A DNA stretch of 31,880 nucleotides from a virus (lineage: Duplodnaviria > Caudoviricetes): positions 1 to 31,880 of IMG/VR virus record IMGVR_UViG_3300044724_008370; one strand, written 5' to 3'. The notes under the pieces were generated by a model. It was not told the DNA's origin. It worked only from the letters and a program-made list of their open reading frames with translations, and did no database searches. Made by a program: the position numbers and the translations under genes. Positions 9,201 to 17,828 of this stretch are shown here, piece by piece. Position 1 is the first letter of the stretch. Every line of letters begins with the position of its first letter.

Positions 9201-10172
9201 AAAACTCCTGTAATCACATGGATTAAAAATAGAGACTCAACTGATTCACACATGTTGTTTGATAAATTGAGGGGTCCTGGCGATGTAAAACATCCCGATC
9301 TTAATGCTCAAAATACAACAGAGCCTAATACTCTACAAAAGTTTTTACCTGGTGGTTTCCAAATTGGTAATGATGTACAAGTCAATACTGCAGGAGAATC
9401 TTACGTTGCCTGGAACTGGTGTATGCATGACGATGTAGTTGAAGATGTACCTACAGGATCCGGATTTTCAAATGGAAGAAGACTTGTAGATAAAAGAGTT
9501 GGTTTAAGTATAGTAACATATAGAGCAACATCGGCAACAGGAACTATTGATCATGGTCTTGGTGTTGTTCCTGATATGACAATAGCAACAGATCAAACTA
9601 GTGATCCACAATGGTATGTTTGGCATACTGGATTAGCAAATGCAGCTGCTGGGACTCATATGATGACTCTTGATACCGGTGCAGCAGAATATAATCCCGG
9701 ATACAATCATTTGAATGATACTGCTCCTACAGCTAATGCTTTTGCATTTGGTGGTTACTTGGGTGCGCATACAGATACGGGTGATGGCGCTGGTGAGACG
9801 CAAGATAAAATGTTATATGCATTCAAATCGGTTCCAGGTTTTTCAAAATTTGGATTTTATACCGGAAATGCAAACGCGGATGGGACTTATGTTCATTTTG
9901 GGTTCAAGCCGGCTTGGTTAATGATAGCAGACACAACTACTACTAATATTGAATGGAATATATATGATACTACAAGATATCCTACCAATGTAATGAATAG
10001 TTATTTGGCAGCTGCATCTTCCGGAGCTGAATCTGTTAATGTTTCAACTCGAAATTTAGATTTTGTATCTAATGGTATCAAGTTTAGAGATCAGTATGCA
10101 CAAAACTATGCAGCAAGACATATTTACATGGCATTTGCAGAATCACCATTCAAATATGCTAATGCAAGATGA
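6213..10172 (+). CDS. Large virion protein with two LamG/concanavalin-A-like plus SPRY-like modules
   Basis: Two copies of SLRF...T(I/W)SxWIK...RDxSxWYHxV...DTT...R.R.Y.NG...F(N/D)GYMA..H..DGQ.L.P..FG...WIPK, each followed by a SPRY-like G(Y/K)Y(Y)FE segment. Ends AFAESPFKYANAR. AGGAG RBS. Confidence 0.75.
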   Translation: MGFGSDTLRQGSPQAIGATFFNKTIDQSLRFDENSTEYLDWTPGRDSTDNKKYTISVWIKLAQGSADFRAIFSSKNAGGGTGQGHNTYAFNTDDTLALYTQNGGANPTSTKKYRDNSAWYHVVIRYDTTQVTDKNRVRVYINGERDNNYTGTFPTLNSVMSSVNYNAQPQQIGKYVPGYTNYFNGYMAEFHMIDGQSLGPEYFGENKNGVWIPKVYPDNGNTSHGINGYHLTFEGTGTGTTSQDTTAQTNIGDDQSGNGNNFAVYGLSSTDVLPDSPTNNMAVLSSVNKYTNASSNDVREGGLEERGNSSGYAGTVTFDAEDENGYYFEVTHTGTPGGGCTHGMMNFTDSINQYGGIPGDSDRSGWWGVYRRGAGGSNQFWYYLDGVETATLGVAGSANDVWMYLIKAGKFYIGRNGTWFNSGDPDAGTGFYDSGLTGTDWTIFSGNGVNVTGGHKIRVSRDTWSHGNTSYKEIKSLNLAEPTFTPRNESIENSYFYTVLYEGNGGDQRVGQFLPLNEVKTVNNAIRFEDGDSAYLTRTPGSTSNQQTWTWSGWIKRGNVGLGARTTLFSGRTTGTSNLFGFFNPTSNGADDTFGAYMGANEDDRFQTTRKFRDTSTWYHFVVVLDTTNATSDDRFRLYVNGVRETTWTRFDTITQDQNKGINEAISHSIGAEGTGQVFDGYMADVHFVDGQALDPTSFGQTDPSTETWIPKTFTGNHGQNGFHLEFLNDTVGADSANTNSFTPVNLTTANTVIDTPTKNFATLDNSYAVIGASALSEGNLKADGAGFSSTLWGGGFASIPLPSTGKYYFECQDTATTGGFWGAGVCSEQAVPTATNVGGPESITFYNRSVMLNGTENDYGASAGFGGLGDATYAAGDIMGVAVDCSTREVWFSQNGTFIDTPTTNNTGTPGNPSAGTYPVGSVNLNDSEPMRFVLFGSASNMICNFGQDSSFAGQIAASANTDGSGGQFKFTPPTGFKALNVDNLPQRSQGIARRKTPVITWIKNRDSTDSHMLFDKLRGPGDVKHPDLNAQNTTEPNTLQKFLPGGFQIGNDVQVNTAGESYVAWNWCMHDDVVEDVPTGSGFSNGRRLVDKRVGLSIVTYRATSATGTIDHGLGVVPDMTIATDQTSDPQWYVWHTGLANAAAGTHMMTLDTGAAEYNPGYNHLNDTAPTANAFAFGGYLGAHTDTGDGAGETQDKMLYAFKSVPGFSKFGFYTGNANADGTYVHFGFKPAWLMIADTTTTNIEWNIYDTTRYPTNVMNSYLAAASSGAESVNVSTRNLDFVSNGIKFRDQYAQNYAARHIYMAFAESPFKYANAR

Positions 10173-10184
10173 CGACTAAGGAAA

Positions 10185-10192
10185 GCTAAATA
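10185..10192 (+). promoter_or_regulatory. Possible T4-type late promoter variant (GCTAAATA) upstream of gp13
   Basis: TAAATA core in the intergenic gap, about 25 nt before the ATG; followed by an AGGAG RBS. Confidence 0.45.
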
Positions 10193-10216
10193 TAGGCAAA
10201 ACCTTAGGAGTATTCA

Positions 10217-10960
10217 ATGGCCAATCCAGCTTCAAGACAAGAATTAAAAGACTACTGTCTTCGTAGATTGGGTGAACCTGTAGTAGATGTAAATGTTGAT
10301 GATGACCAAGTTGAAGATAGAATTGATGATGCGTTGAAGTTCTATCAGGACTATCACTATGATGGAACTGAAAGATTATATCTAAAACACAAGGTTACCC
10401 AAGATGATATTAATAATGAATACATTACAACCAGTGATGCTATTATAGGTGTTGTAAGAGTATTTGATATTGGTGATGCAGTCAACTCATCAAATTTATT
10501 CAACATTCGTTATCAAATACATCTAAACGATCTCTTTGATTTTACCTCAACAACATATCTTCCTTACGTAACTGCTATGCGTCATGTTGAGCAGCTCGAA
10601 GAAATTTTTGTTGGTAAAAAACCCTTACGTTTTCAAAGACATAAAAACAGATTACATATAGATATGGATTGGAATAGTGATGTACTAGCCGGCCAGTTCA
10701 TTGTTATTGAGTGTTACAGAATACTTGATCCAGACACATATACCGACGTATATGGTGATATGTGGTTAAGAAACTATGCAACCCAACTTATCAAAAGACA
10801 ATGGGGTGAGAATCTTAAAAAGTTTGAAGGTATGCAGCTTCCAGGTGGACTACAGTTTAATGGACAACAAATTTGGAATGAAGCTAATGATGAAGTTCTA
10901 AGAATGGAACAGGAGGTTACAACAAACTATGGCGGTATCGTCATGGATATGGTAGGATGA
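10217..10960 (+). CDS. gp13: Neck protein gp13 (head-tail adaptor)
   Basis: PASRQELKDYCLRRLGEPVVDVNVDDDQVEDRIDDAL and QWGENLKKFEGMQLPGG motifs; synteny. Confidence 0.93.
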   Translation: MANPASRQELKDYCLRRLGEPVVDVNVDDDQVEDRIDDALKFYQDYHYDGTERLYLKHKVTQDDINNEYITTSDAIIGVVRVFDIGDAVNSSNLFNIRYQIHLNDLFDFTSTTYLPYVTAMRHVEQLEEIFVGKKPLRFQRHKNRLHIDMDWNSDVLAGQFIVIECYRILDPDTYTDVYGDMWLRNYATQLIKRQWGENLKKFEGMQLPGGLQFNGQQIWNEANDEVLRMEQEVTTNYGGIVMDMVG

Positions 10961-10961
10961 T

Positions 10962-11819
10962 ATGGCTACTAATGTATACTTCAAAAACTTTAACTATCCA
11001 AGAGAACAAGATCTAGTAGAAGACCTTACTATTGAGTCGATAAAAATATATGGCCATGATGTAAGATATCTTCCAAGAACTGTTATCAAAAATGATCACC
11101 TGTTTGGTGAGGATACTCTGTCACAGTTTAACACTGCCGCAGAAGTAGAAATGTATATCAAAAACGTTGAAGGTTTTGAAGGTGAAGGTGACTTCTTATC
11201 TAAGTTTGGTTTAGAGATAAGAGATTCACTTACATTTACAGTAGCACGTAAAAGATTTGATCAAGTAAGACAAGAAAAACTTATGACTGAGGTTGGATAT
11301 AACTATCTGACTGAAGATGCTCTTACCGATGTTCCATCAAGAAGATTCCTCTCTGGTTCTGCCAATACAGAATCTATTGTATTAGAAGAAGGTACAGCAA
11401 ACAACTATTCAATTACATCAAACAGACCAACAGAAGGAGATCTAATATACTTTCCTCTGGTTGAAAAACTGTTCGAAATAAAATTTGTAGAACATGAATC
11501 TATTTTCTATCAGCATGGTAGACTACAAACATATGATTTACGTTGCGAGTTATTTGAGTATAGCTCTGAGACAATTGATACCGGTATTGATTCTATTGAT
11601 TCAGTAGAAGATCAATTCTCATTAGATATGCTTAACTTTGAAACATTGTTAGAAGATGGAAATAGACTTGCGGGTGACTTTATTAATGGTGGTATTTTGC
11701 AAGAACATGAACTTGAAACAACAGATGCTCAAGCAAATAATACATACTTCACTACTCAGAAAGACAGTATCATAGACTTCTCTGAAGGTAACCCATTTTC
11801 TGAAGTGGATAGATACTAA
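10962..11819 (+). CDS. gp14: Neck protein gp14
   Basis: EQDLVEDLTIESIKIYGHDVRYLPR, FLSKFGLEIRD, RPTEGDLIYFP, LFEIKFVE, CELFEYS, DFSEGNPF. Confidence 0.93.
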   Translation: MATNVYFKNFNYPREQDLVEDLTIESIKIYGHDVRYLPRTVIKNDHLFGEDTLSQFNTAAEVEMYIKNVEGFEGEGDFLSKFGLEIRDSLTFTVARKRFDQVRQEKLMTEVGYNYLTEDALTDVPSRRFLSGSANTESIVLEEGTANNYSITSNRPTEGDLIYFPLVEKLFEIKFVEHESIFYQHGRLQTYDLRCELFEYSSETIDTGIDSIDSVEDQFSLDMLNFETLLEDGNRLAGDFINGGILQEHELETTDAQANNTYFTTQKDSIIDFSEGNPFSEVDRY

Positions 11820-12631
11820 TGTTTGGAAATCAATTTTATCATCAGACTCTTAGACGTTATGTGATTATGTTTGGTAATCTATTCAACGATATTACAGTTG
11901 CCAGAATAAACACATCAGGTCAAGTTGTACAAAGAATTGGTGTTCCTGTTGCATATGGTCCAAAGCAAAAGTTCATAGTAAGACTAGCACAGGATCCAAA
12001 CTTTGAAAGAGAAGTTGCTATACAGTTGCCAAGAATTGGTTTTGAGATAACTGGTGTAAATTATGCACCAGAAAGAAAACTTGCATCAACACAAAGAAAT
12101 GTAAGAATAACTGCTGCTGATGACAAACAATTATTAAATCAATATGTACCTGTTCCATATGATGTGAATATGCAATTGAACATATATGTAAAAAATGCAG
12201 ATGATGGAACACAAATACTAGAACAGATCCTTCCATACTTTACACCAGAATGGACAACTACACTCCGTCTTATAGATGAGATGGATATTAAAATGGACAT
12301 TCCAACAGTGTTACAAAGTACTAACTTTGAGGATGTATATGAGGGTGATTTTGATACAAGAAGAGCTATAGTATGGTCTCTAGATTTTGTAGTTAAAGGC
12401 TACATCTATGGACCGGTAAGGTCAACAGGAATTATTAACAGATCTGTTATCAGGTTAAGTGATGAAATTGATACTAGAAATGATGTAGCCACTGTTGACG
12501 TAACACCAGGTTTGACTGCGCAGGGTGTTGCTACTGCTAACTCGGCGGCCACTATACCGAGAGGTAGTATCTCTGCTAATGATGACTTTGGATTCATTAC
12601 CTCAATTGATGAGGATGTATTTGGGAGCTAA
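11819..12631 (+). CDS. gp15: Tail sheath stabiliser/terminator gp15
   Basis: YHQTLRRYVIMFGNLFNDI, VPVAYGPKQKF, LPRIGFE, QILEQILPYFTP. Confidence 0.93.
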   Translation: MFGNQFYHQTLRRYVIMFGNLFNDITVARINTSGQVVQRIGVPVAYGPKQKFIVRLAQDPNFEREVAIQLPRIGFEITGVNYAPERKLASTQRNVRITAADDKQLLNQYVPVPYDVNMQLNIYVKNADDGTQILEQILPYFTPEWTTTLRLIDEMDIKMDIPTVLQSTNFEDVYEGDFDTRRAIVWSLDFVVKGYIYGPVRSTGIINRSVIRLSDEIDTRNDVATVDVTPGLTAQGVATANSAATIPRGSISANDDFGFITSIDEDVFGS

Positions 12632-12633
12632 CA

Positions 12634-13038
12634 ATGAAAACGAAATTCGAACAGTCCATAGAGGATGTTCTTGACCTACCAGATAGTCCACCTTTGGCTT
12701 CTATCCCTTCAATGGCTACAAAGCCAATTATAAAGGAGAAAGAGCCCGAAGTCAACGGCGATTATCAATATGCACGAGAAAATTTATATAAAGTTATTGA
12801 GTCTGGCCATGATGCATTAGATAACATGCTAGCAATAGCAAAGTCGTCAGAACATCCAAGAGCCTTTGAAGTAGTAAATCAAATTATGAAGACTATGGCC
12901 GATGCTCAAAAAGACTTGCTAGAGTTAAAGAAAAAAGAACAACAGATTACTGGTGAGAAAGCACAACCGCAAAATGTTACCAATGCTTTGTTTGTTGGCT
13001 CAACTGCAGAGTTGCAAAAGATGATAAAGGAAAGATAA
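12634..13038 (+). CDS. gp16: Terminase small subunit gp16
   Basis: DYQYARENLY, SEHPRAFEV, NALFVGSTAELQKM. Confidence 0.92.
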   Translation: MKTKFEQSIEDVLDLPDSPPLASIPSMATKPIIKEKEPEVNGDYQYARENLYKVIESGHDALDNMLAIAKSSEHPRAFEVVNQIMKTMADAQKDLLELKKKEQQITGEKAQPQNVTNALFVGSTAELQKMIKER

Positions 13039-13478
13039 TGTACACATACAGATGTGAGGTAGTAAAAATTATTGACGGTGACACAGTTGATGTTGACATC
13101 GACTTAGGTTTTGGTGTATGGTTAAAGAAAGAACGGATCAGAATGTATGGTATTGATACACCAGAATCACGTACAAGAGATCTTACTGAAAAGAAATACG
13201 GTCTACTAGCTAAAGAGTTCATTACTCGCATGTTAGACGACGAAGGTGGTATAACTTTAAAAACACAAAAGGATGCTGAAGGAAAGTTTGGACGTATACT
13301 TGGTGAGTTGTGGAGAACAACAAACTATGCAGATAAGTCCATCAATGAGTATATGATTGAAAAACATCATGCTGTTAGATATCATGGCCAATCTAAAGAA
13401 GCTATTCAAGAACAACATCTCAAGAACAGAGAATTACTCATCGATCAACTTGAAGAGCAGCTTAAACTAGATCTATGA
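13038..13478 (+). CDS. Staphylococcal nuclease-like (thermonuclease family) protein
   Basis: IIDGDTVDV, RIRMYGIDTPES and KFGRILG match the SNase catalytic motifs. Confidence 0.85.
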   Translation: MYTYRCEVVKIIDGDTVDVDIDLGFGVWLKKERIRMYGIDTPESRTRDLTEKKYGLLAKEFITRMLDDEGGITLKTQKDAEGKFGRILGELWRTTNYADKSINEYMIEKHHAVRYHGQSKEAIQEQHLKNRELLIDQLEEQLKLDL

Positions 13479-15118
13479 ATGAAGCATACTTAGGTAATCC
13501 TAATCTAAAAAAAGCTAACGTACAGATTGAATATACAAAAGAGCAAGTTGAGGAATATCTCAAATGTGCTCGTGATCCTTTGTACTTTATAAAATCTTAT
13601 GTAAAGATTATCAATGTGGACAAAGGTTTGATTCCTTTTGAGCCATACTCATTCCAAGAGAAGATGGTCAAAACTTTTGTAAATAATCGTTTCTGTATCA
13701 ATAAACTACCAAGACAATCTGGAAAGTCAACAACAGTTACAGCATTCATGTTGTGGACTGTTTTGTTTAATGACGCACAGTCAGTTGCTATTCTTGCCAA
13801 CAAAGGTGCACTTGCTAGAGACTTACTTGGCAAGATTCAACTTGCATATGAATACTTACCTAAGTGGTTACAGCAAGGTGTTGTGACGTGGAACAAAGGT
13901 AACATAGAACTTGAGAATGGTTCCAAGATAGTAGCTGCCGCAACATCATCATCTGCAATTCGTGGTGGATCATACAATCTTATCTTCCTCGATGAGTTTG
14001 CATTCGTTGGAAACAATATGGCAGAGGACTTCTTTGCTTCTGTTTATCCTACAATTTCATCTGGTCAAACAACTAAAGTTATTATCGTCTCTACTCCAAA
14101 TGGTATGAATCACTTCTACAAGATGTGGATGGATGCTGTAGAAGATAGATCAAAGTATGTTGCTATTGAAGTTCATTGGTCTGAAGTTCCTGGCCGTGAT
14201 GAAAGATGGAAAGATGAAACTATTGCCAACACATCTGAAGAACAATTCAGACAAGAGTTTGAGTGTGAGTTCTTAGGATCAGTTAACACTCTCATTCATC
14301 CTCTCAAACTAAGAACACTTACATTCAAAGAACCAATAAGAAGAGAGGCTAAGTTAGATGTATATGAAGAACCTCGAAGTGGTCACACCTATGTATGTGT
14401 TGCTGACGTTGCTAGAGGTGCTGGTTTGGACTACAGTGTTTGTTCTGTTATAGACATTACTGATGTACCATACAATCTAGTTGCTAAGTTTAGATGTAAC
14501 GAAGTATCTCCAATGTTATATCCTAATGTTATCTTTGACATTGCAACAAACTACAATAAGGCTTTTGTTCTTGTAGAAGTAAATGATATTGGTGGTCAAG
14601 TAGCTGATATTTTACAACAAGAACTTGAATATGAAAATATGTTAATGACTGCTAACAGAGGACGTGCAGGCCAAGTTGCTGGTTCAGGTTTTGGTTATGG
14701 ATCTTTCTTTGGTGTAAGAACAACTAAAGCAGTCAAACGTATTGGATGTTCTACACTAAAAGATCTTATTGAGAAAGATAAGTTGCTTATTACAGATTTT
14801 GAAACGATAGTCGAACTTGCAAGTTTCATAAGTAAGGGTACAAGCTATCAAGCAGAAGAAGGACAACATGATGATCTTGTGATGACTCTTGTTTTATTTG
14901 CATGGCTTGTACGACAAGATTACTTCAAAGAATTGACAGATTTAGATATTAGGCAACGGCTATATGAAGAGAGAATGAAAGACGTAGAGAATAATCTCCT
15001 ACCTTTTGGAATTATAGATGATGGTCAAGATGATCAACCAATAGTTGATTCAACTGGTCAAGTTTGGGAACATAATCTACAAGATAATATATGGAATGAT
15101 CCTGGTAATAAGTGGTAA
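13475..15118 (+). CDS. gp17: Terminase large subunit gp17
   Basis: YLGNPNLKK, Walker A PRQSGKST, Walker B IFLDEFAF, IIVSTPNG, nuclease motifs ADVARG and HDDLVM. Confidence 0.97.
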   Translation: MNEAYLGNPNLKKANVQIEYTKEQVEEYLKCARDPLYFIKSYVKIINVDKGLIPFEPYSFQEKMVKTFVNNRFCINKLPRQSGKSTTVTAFMLWTVLFNDAQSVAILANKGALARDLLGKIQLAYEYLPKWLQQGVVTWNKGNIELENGSKIVAAATSSSAIRGGSYNLIFLDEFAFVGNNMAEDFFASVYPTISSGQTTKVIIVSTPNGMNHFYKMWMDAVEDRSKYVAIEVHWSEVPGRDERWKDETIANTSEEQFRQEFECEFLGSVNTLIHPLKLRTLTFKEPIRREAKLDVYEEPRSGHTYVCVADVARGAGLDYSVCSVIDITDVPYNLVAKFRCNEVSPMLYPNVIFDIATNYNKAFVLVEVNDIGGQVADILQQELEYENMLMTANRGRAGQVAGSGFGYGSFFGVRTTKAVKRIGCSTLKDLIEKDKLLITDFETIVELASFISKGTSYQAEEGQHDDLVMTLVLFAWLVRQDYFKELTDLDIRQRLYEERMKDVENNLLPFGIIDDGQDDQPIVDSTGQVWEHNLQDNIWNDPGNKW

Positions 15119-15138
15119 GAATGAGAGTTTGCCTTTTT

Positions 15139-15146
15139 TATAAATA
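15139..15146 (+). promoter_or_regulatory. T4-type late promoter TATAAATA for gp18
   Basis: Exact consensus in the intergenic gap; AAGGAG RBS downstream. Confidence 0.85.
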
Positions 15147-15190
15147 ATACATGATAACAAATAATTTTTTGTTAGGTAAAGGAGATAGAA

Positions 15191-17143
15191 ATGGCTTTTC
15201 AAGTTTCACCGGGAGTAAATGTTAGTGAGATAGATCTTACTACAGTTGTTCCTCAGGTTAGTACCAACATTGGTGCTATCGCTGGTCATTTTCGTTGGGG
15301 TCCTGTTGAACAACGTGCTCTTATGTCTTCAGAAGACACATTAGTACAAACTTTTCAGAAACCAAACGCAAATACCAAAAACGACTTCTTCACCGCAGCA
15401 AACTTCTTGGCATACACAAACGCTCTTCAAGTTGTCCGTGTTGTAAACCAGGCAGCTGGAGCATCCCAAGCAGTAAATGCTAACGGTGGTTCAAATACAA
15501 CTGTACTCATTAAGAATGATGAAGAGTACGAAAATACATACGAATCAAGTGGTGTAACAAGTGCAGGTAACTGGGTAGCAAGATATCCTGGTGAACTTGG
15601 TAACTCACTCAAAGTTTCAGTTTGTGCATCTGCTAATGCATATGAGTCAACTATTACTGTTCCATATACAGCAACAAGAAACTCAAAGACAGTTGCTCTA
15701 AATGCACCTGGTATTGGTGCAGTGGCTTCTAATGCTGAAGTTAACTTTACTGTAGGTGATCTACTTGTTCTTGGACCAGACAAAGAAGTAAGAAAGATTG
15801 CTTCTCTTGGATCAGGTTCAACATCAAACACAATCACTCTTGATTCAGCATACACAGGTAACACATCAACAATCACATCTGGTCTACAGAGACGTTGGGA
15901 ATTCTTCAACAACTTTGATAGAGCTCCAGGTACATCTCCATTTGCAGCTAACACAGCTGGTACAAATGATGAAGCACACATTGTTGTGTCAGATGAAGAT
16001 GGTGATTGGACAGGTGCAAGAAATACTATCTTGGAAAGATTTGAAAAACTTTCTAAGGCATCTGATGCTAAGTCACCACAAGGTCAAAACATTTACTACA
16101 AGGATTACATCAACGAGTATTCCAATTATGTAAAATGGGCTGATCACTTCTTGTCAGGTAACATTGGTTCTAAAGCTAAAGGCACATCCTTTGGCGGTGG
16201 TAACGGTAAGCCAGAAAACGACAGCTTTGCTGGCGGTAGAGATGGTGCACTTCCAAGAGATGCTGACTACATTACAGGATATGACTTGTTCAAGAATGCT
16301 GAAGATGTAGATATCAACATTGTTCTTGGTGCAGCTGCTAACCAAACAAGAGCTTTGGATCTGATCAACAATGTTGCAGAAACAAGAAAAGATTGTGTTG
16401 TAGCAATCTCACCTGAAGAAGCTGATGTTGTTAACAACAGTGGCTACACAGGCAAAGAAGCAGATGATGTTGTTGCATATCGTAACACACTTCCATCATC
16501 TTCATTCGCAATCATTGATTCAGGTTGGAAATATCAGTACGATAAGTACAACGATGTTTACAGATATGTTCCATTGAATGGTGATACTGCTGGTACTATG
16601 GCTAGAACTGATCAAGTTAGAGATCCATGGTATTCACCAGCTGGTCTTAACAGAGGTAGAATCAAGAACGTAGTTAAACTTGCATTCAACCCAAGACAAG
16701 CACAAAGAGATCTACTCTACAAGAATGGCATCAACCCAGTTGTTGCATTCCCAGGTCAGGGTACAATCCTCTTTGGTGATAAGACAATGCTTGCAACACC
16801 AAGCGCATTTGATAGAATCAACGTACGTAGATTGTTCATCGTACTTGAGAAGTCAATTGCAATTGCTGCAAGAGCATCACTGTTCGAGTTCAACGATACA
16901 TTCACAAGACTGCAATTCCGCAATTTGATCGAACCTTTCTTGAGAGAGGTACAAGGTCGTCGTGGTATTACAGACTTCAAGGTAATTTGTGACGAAACAA
17001 ATAATACCGGTGAAGTAGTTGACAGAAATGAATTTGTCGGTGACATCTTTATCAAACCAGCACGCTCAATCAACTTCATTCAGTTGAACTTTGTAGCCGT
17101 AAGATCAGGCGTAGAGTTCAGTGAAGTCGTTGGTGCGGTATAA
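15191..17143 (+). CDS. gp18: Tail sheath protein gp18
   Basis: FQVSPGVNVSEIDLT, ARYPGELGNSL, PWYSPAGLNRG, FDRINVRRLF, IKPARSINFIQLNFVA. Confidence 0.97.
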   Translation: MAFQVSPGVNVSEIDLTTVVPQVSTNIGAIAGHFRWGPVEQRALMSSEDTLVQTFQKPNANTKNDFFTAANFLAYTNALQVVRVVNQAAGASQAVNANGGSNTTVLIKNDEEYENTYESSGVTSAGNWVARYPGELGNSLKVSVCASANAYESTITVPYTATRNSKTVALNAPGIGAVASNAEVNFTVGDLLVLGPDKEVRKIASLGSGSTSNTITLDSAYTGNTSTITSGLQRRWEFFNNFDRAPGTSPFAANTAGTNDEAHIVVSDEDGDWTGARNTILERFEKLSKASDAKSPQGQNIYYKDYINEYSNYVKWADHFLSGNIGSKAKGTSFGGGNGKPENDSFAGGRDGALPRDADYITGYDLFKNAEDVDINIVLGAAANQTRALDLINNVAETRKDCVVAISPEEADVVNNSGYTGKEADDVVAYRNTLPSSSFAIIDSGWKYQYDKYNDVYRYVPLNGDTAGTMARTDQVRDPWYSPAGLNRGRIKNVVKLAFNPRQAQRDLLYKNGINPVVAFPGQGTILFGDKTMLATPSAFDRINVRRLFIVLEKSIAIAARASLFEFNDTFTRLQFRNLIEPFLREVQGRRGITDFKVICDETNNTGEVVDRNEFVGDIFIKPARSINFIQLNFVAVRSGVEFSEVVGAV

Positions 17144-17146
17144 ATA
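17139..17146 (+). promoter_or_regulatory. T4-type late promoter TATAAATA for gp19, overlapping the gp18 stop
   Basis: Exact consensus; AAGGAG RBS downstream. Confidence 0.85.
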
Positions 17147-17166
17147 GGTAGAGAAGGAGAACGACA

Positions 17167-17763
17167 ATGGCATTTAGTGTTGAACAATTTAAGACAAACC
17201 TTCCATTTGGTGGAGCGAGATCCTCGCTCTTCCAAGTTGAACTTATCCAAGCACCTGACGGAGTTGCTGCAGGTTCTTTCATTAAGGCACCCTTTTTGAT
17301 TAGAGCTGCTCAGATTCCTGCTGCTACAATCAATCCAATTGATGTACAGTACTTTGGCAGAGCTATCAGATATGCTGGCAACAGAACATTTGCTGATTGG
17401 ACAGTCACAGTTCTTAACGACGAAGACTTCCAGATTAGAGATGGACTAGAAGCATGGTCAGGTTCAATCAACAGCTATGCAGGTAACAGAAGAACCCCTG
17501 GTGTAGGTCCAGAAGCCTATAAGACAGAAGCTCTTGTTACTCAGTTTAGCAAAGAAGGTGAAAGACTAAGAAGCTACAGATTCCATGGTATCTTCCCAAT
17601 TGAAGTATCAGCCATTGATTTGGCATGGGATGCTGACACGGTTCAAGAATTTACAACAACATTTACGTATGATTACTGGACAGTTGAAGGTCAAGCGGCC
17701 GCAGCTGGCGGATCAACTAGTGTTGGACCAACAATTGAACTGAATCTTAACATTGGTCTTTAA
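17167..17763 (+). CDS. gp19: Tail tube protein gp19
   Basis: GGARSSLFQV, AAQIPA, GNRTFADWTVTVLNDEDF, FPIEVSAIDLAWD, EFTTTFTYDYW. Confidence 0.95.
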   Translation: MAFSVEQFKTNLPFGGARSSLFQVELIQAPDGVAAGSFIKAPFLIRAAQIPAATINPIDVQYFGRAIRYAGNRTFADWTVTVLNDEDFQIRDGLEAWSGSINSYAGNRRTPGVGPEAYKTEALVTQFSKEGERLRSYRFHGIFPIEVSAIDLAWDADTVQEFTTTFTYDYWTVEGQAAAAGGSTSVGPTIELNLNIGL

Positions 17764-17783
17764 TACAAACTAAAAAACTAAAT

Positions 17784-17828
17784 AAGAGGGCTGCATAAAT
17801 AAATAGAACTATGTAGCCCTCTTTTTTT
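17784..17828 (+). terminator. Intrinsic terminator after gp19
   Basis: AAGAGGGCTGCATA pairs with TATGTAGCCCTCTT (one G-U pair), 12-nt loop, followed by a T tract. Confidence 0.8.
17794..17805 (+). promoter_or_regulatory. Late promoter variants (CATAAATA, overlapping AATAAATA) inside the terminator, upstream of gp20
   Basis: One-mismatch matches to TATAAATA; the same CATAAATA variant precedes gp23. Confidence 0.6.
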
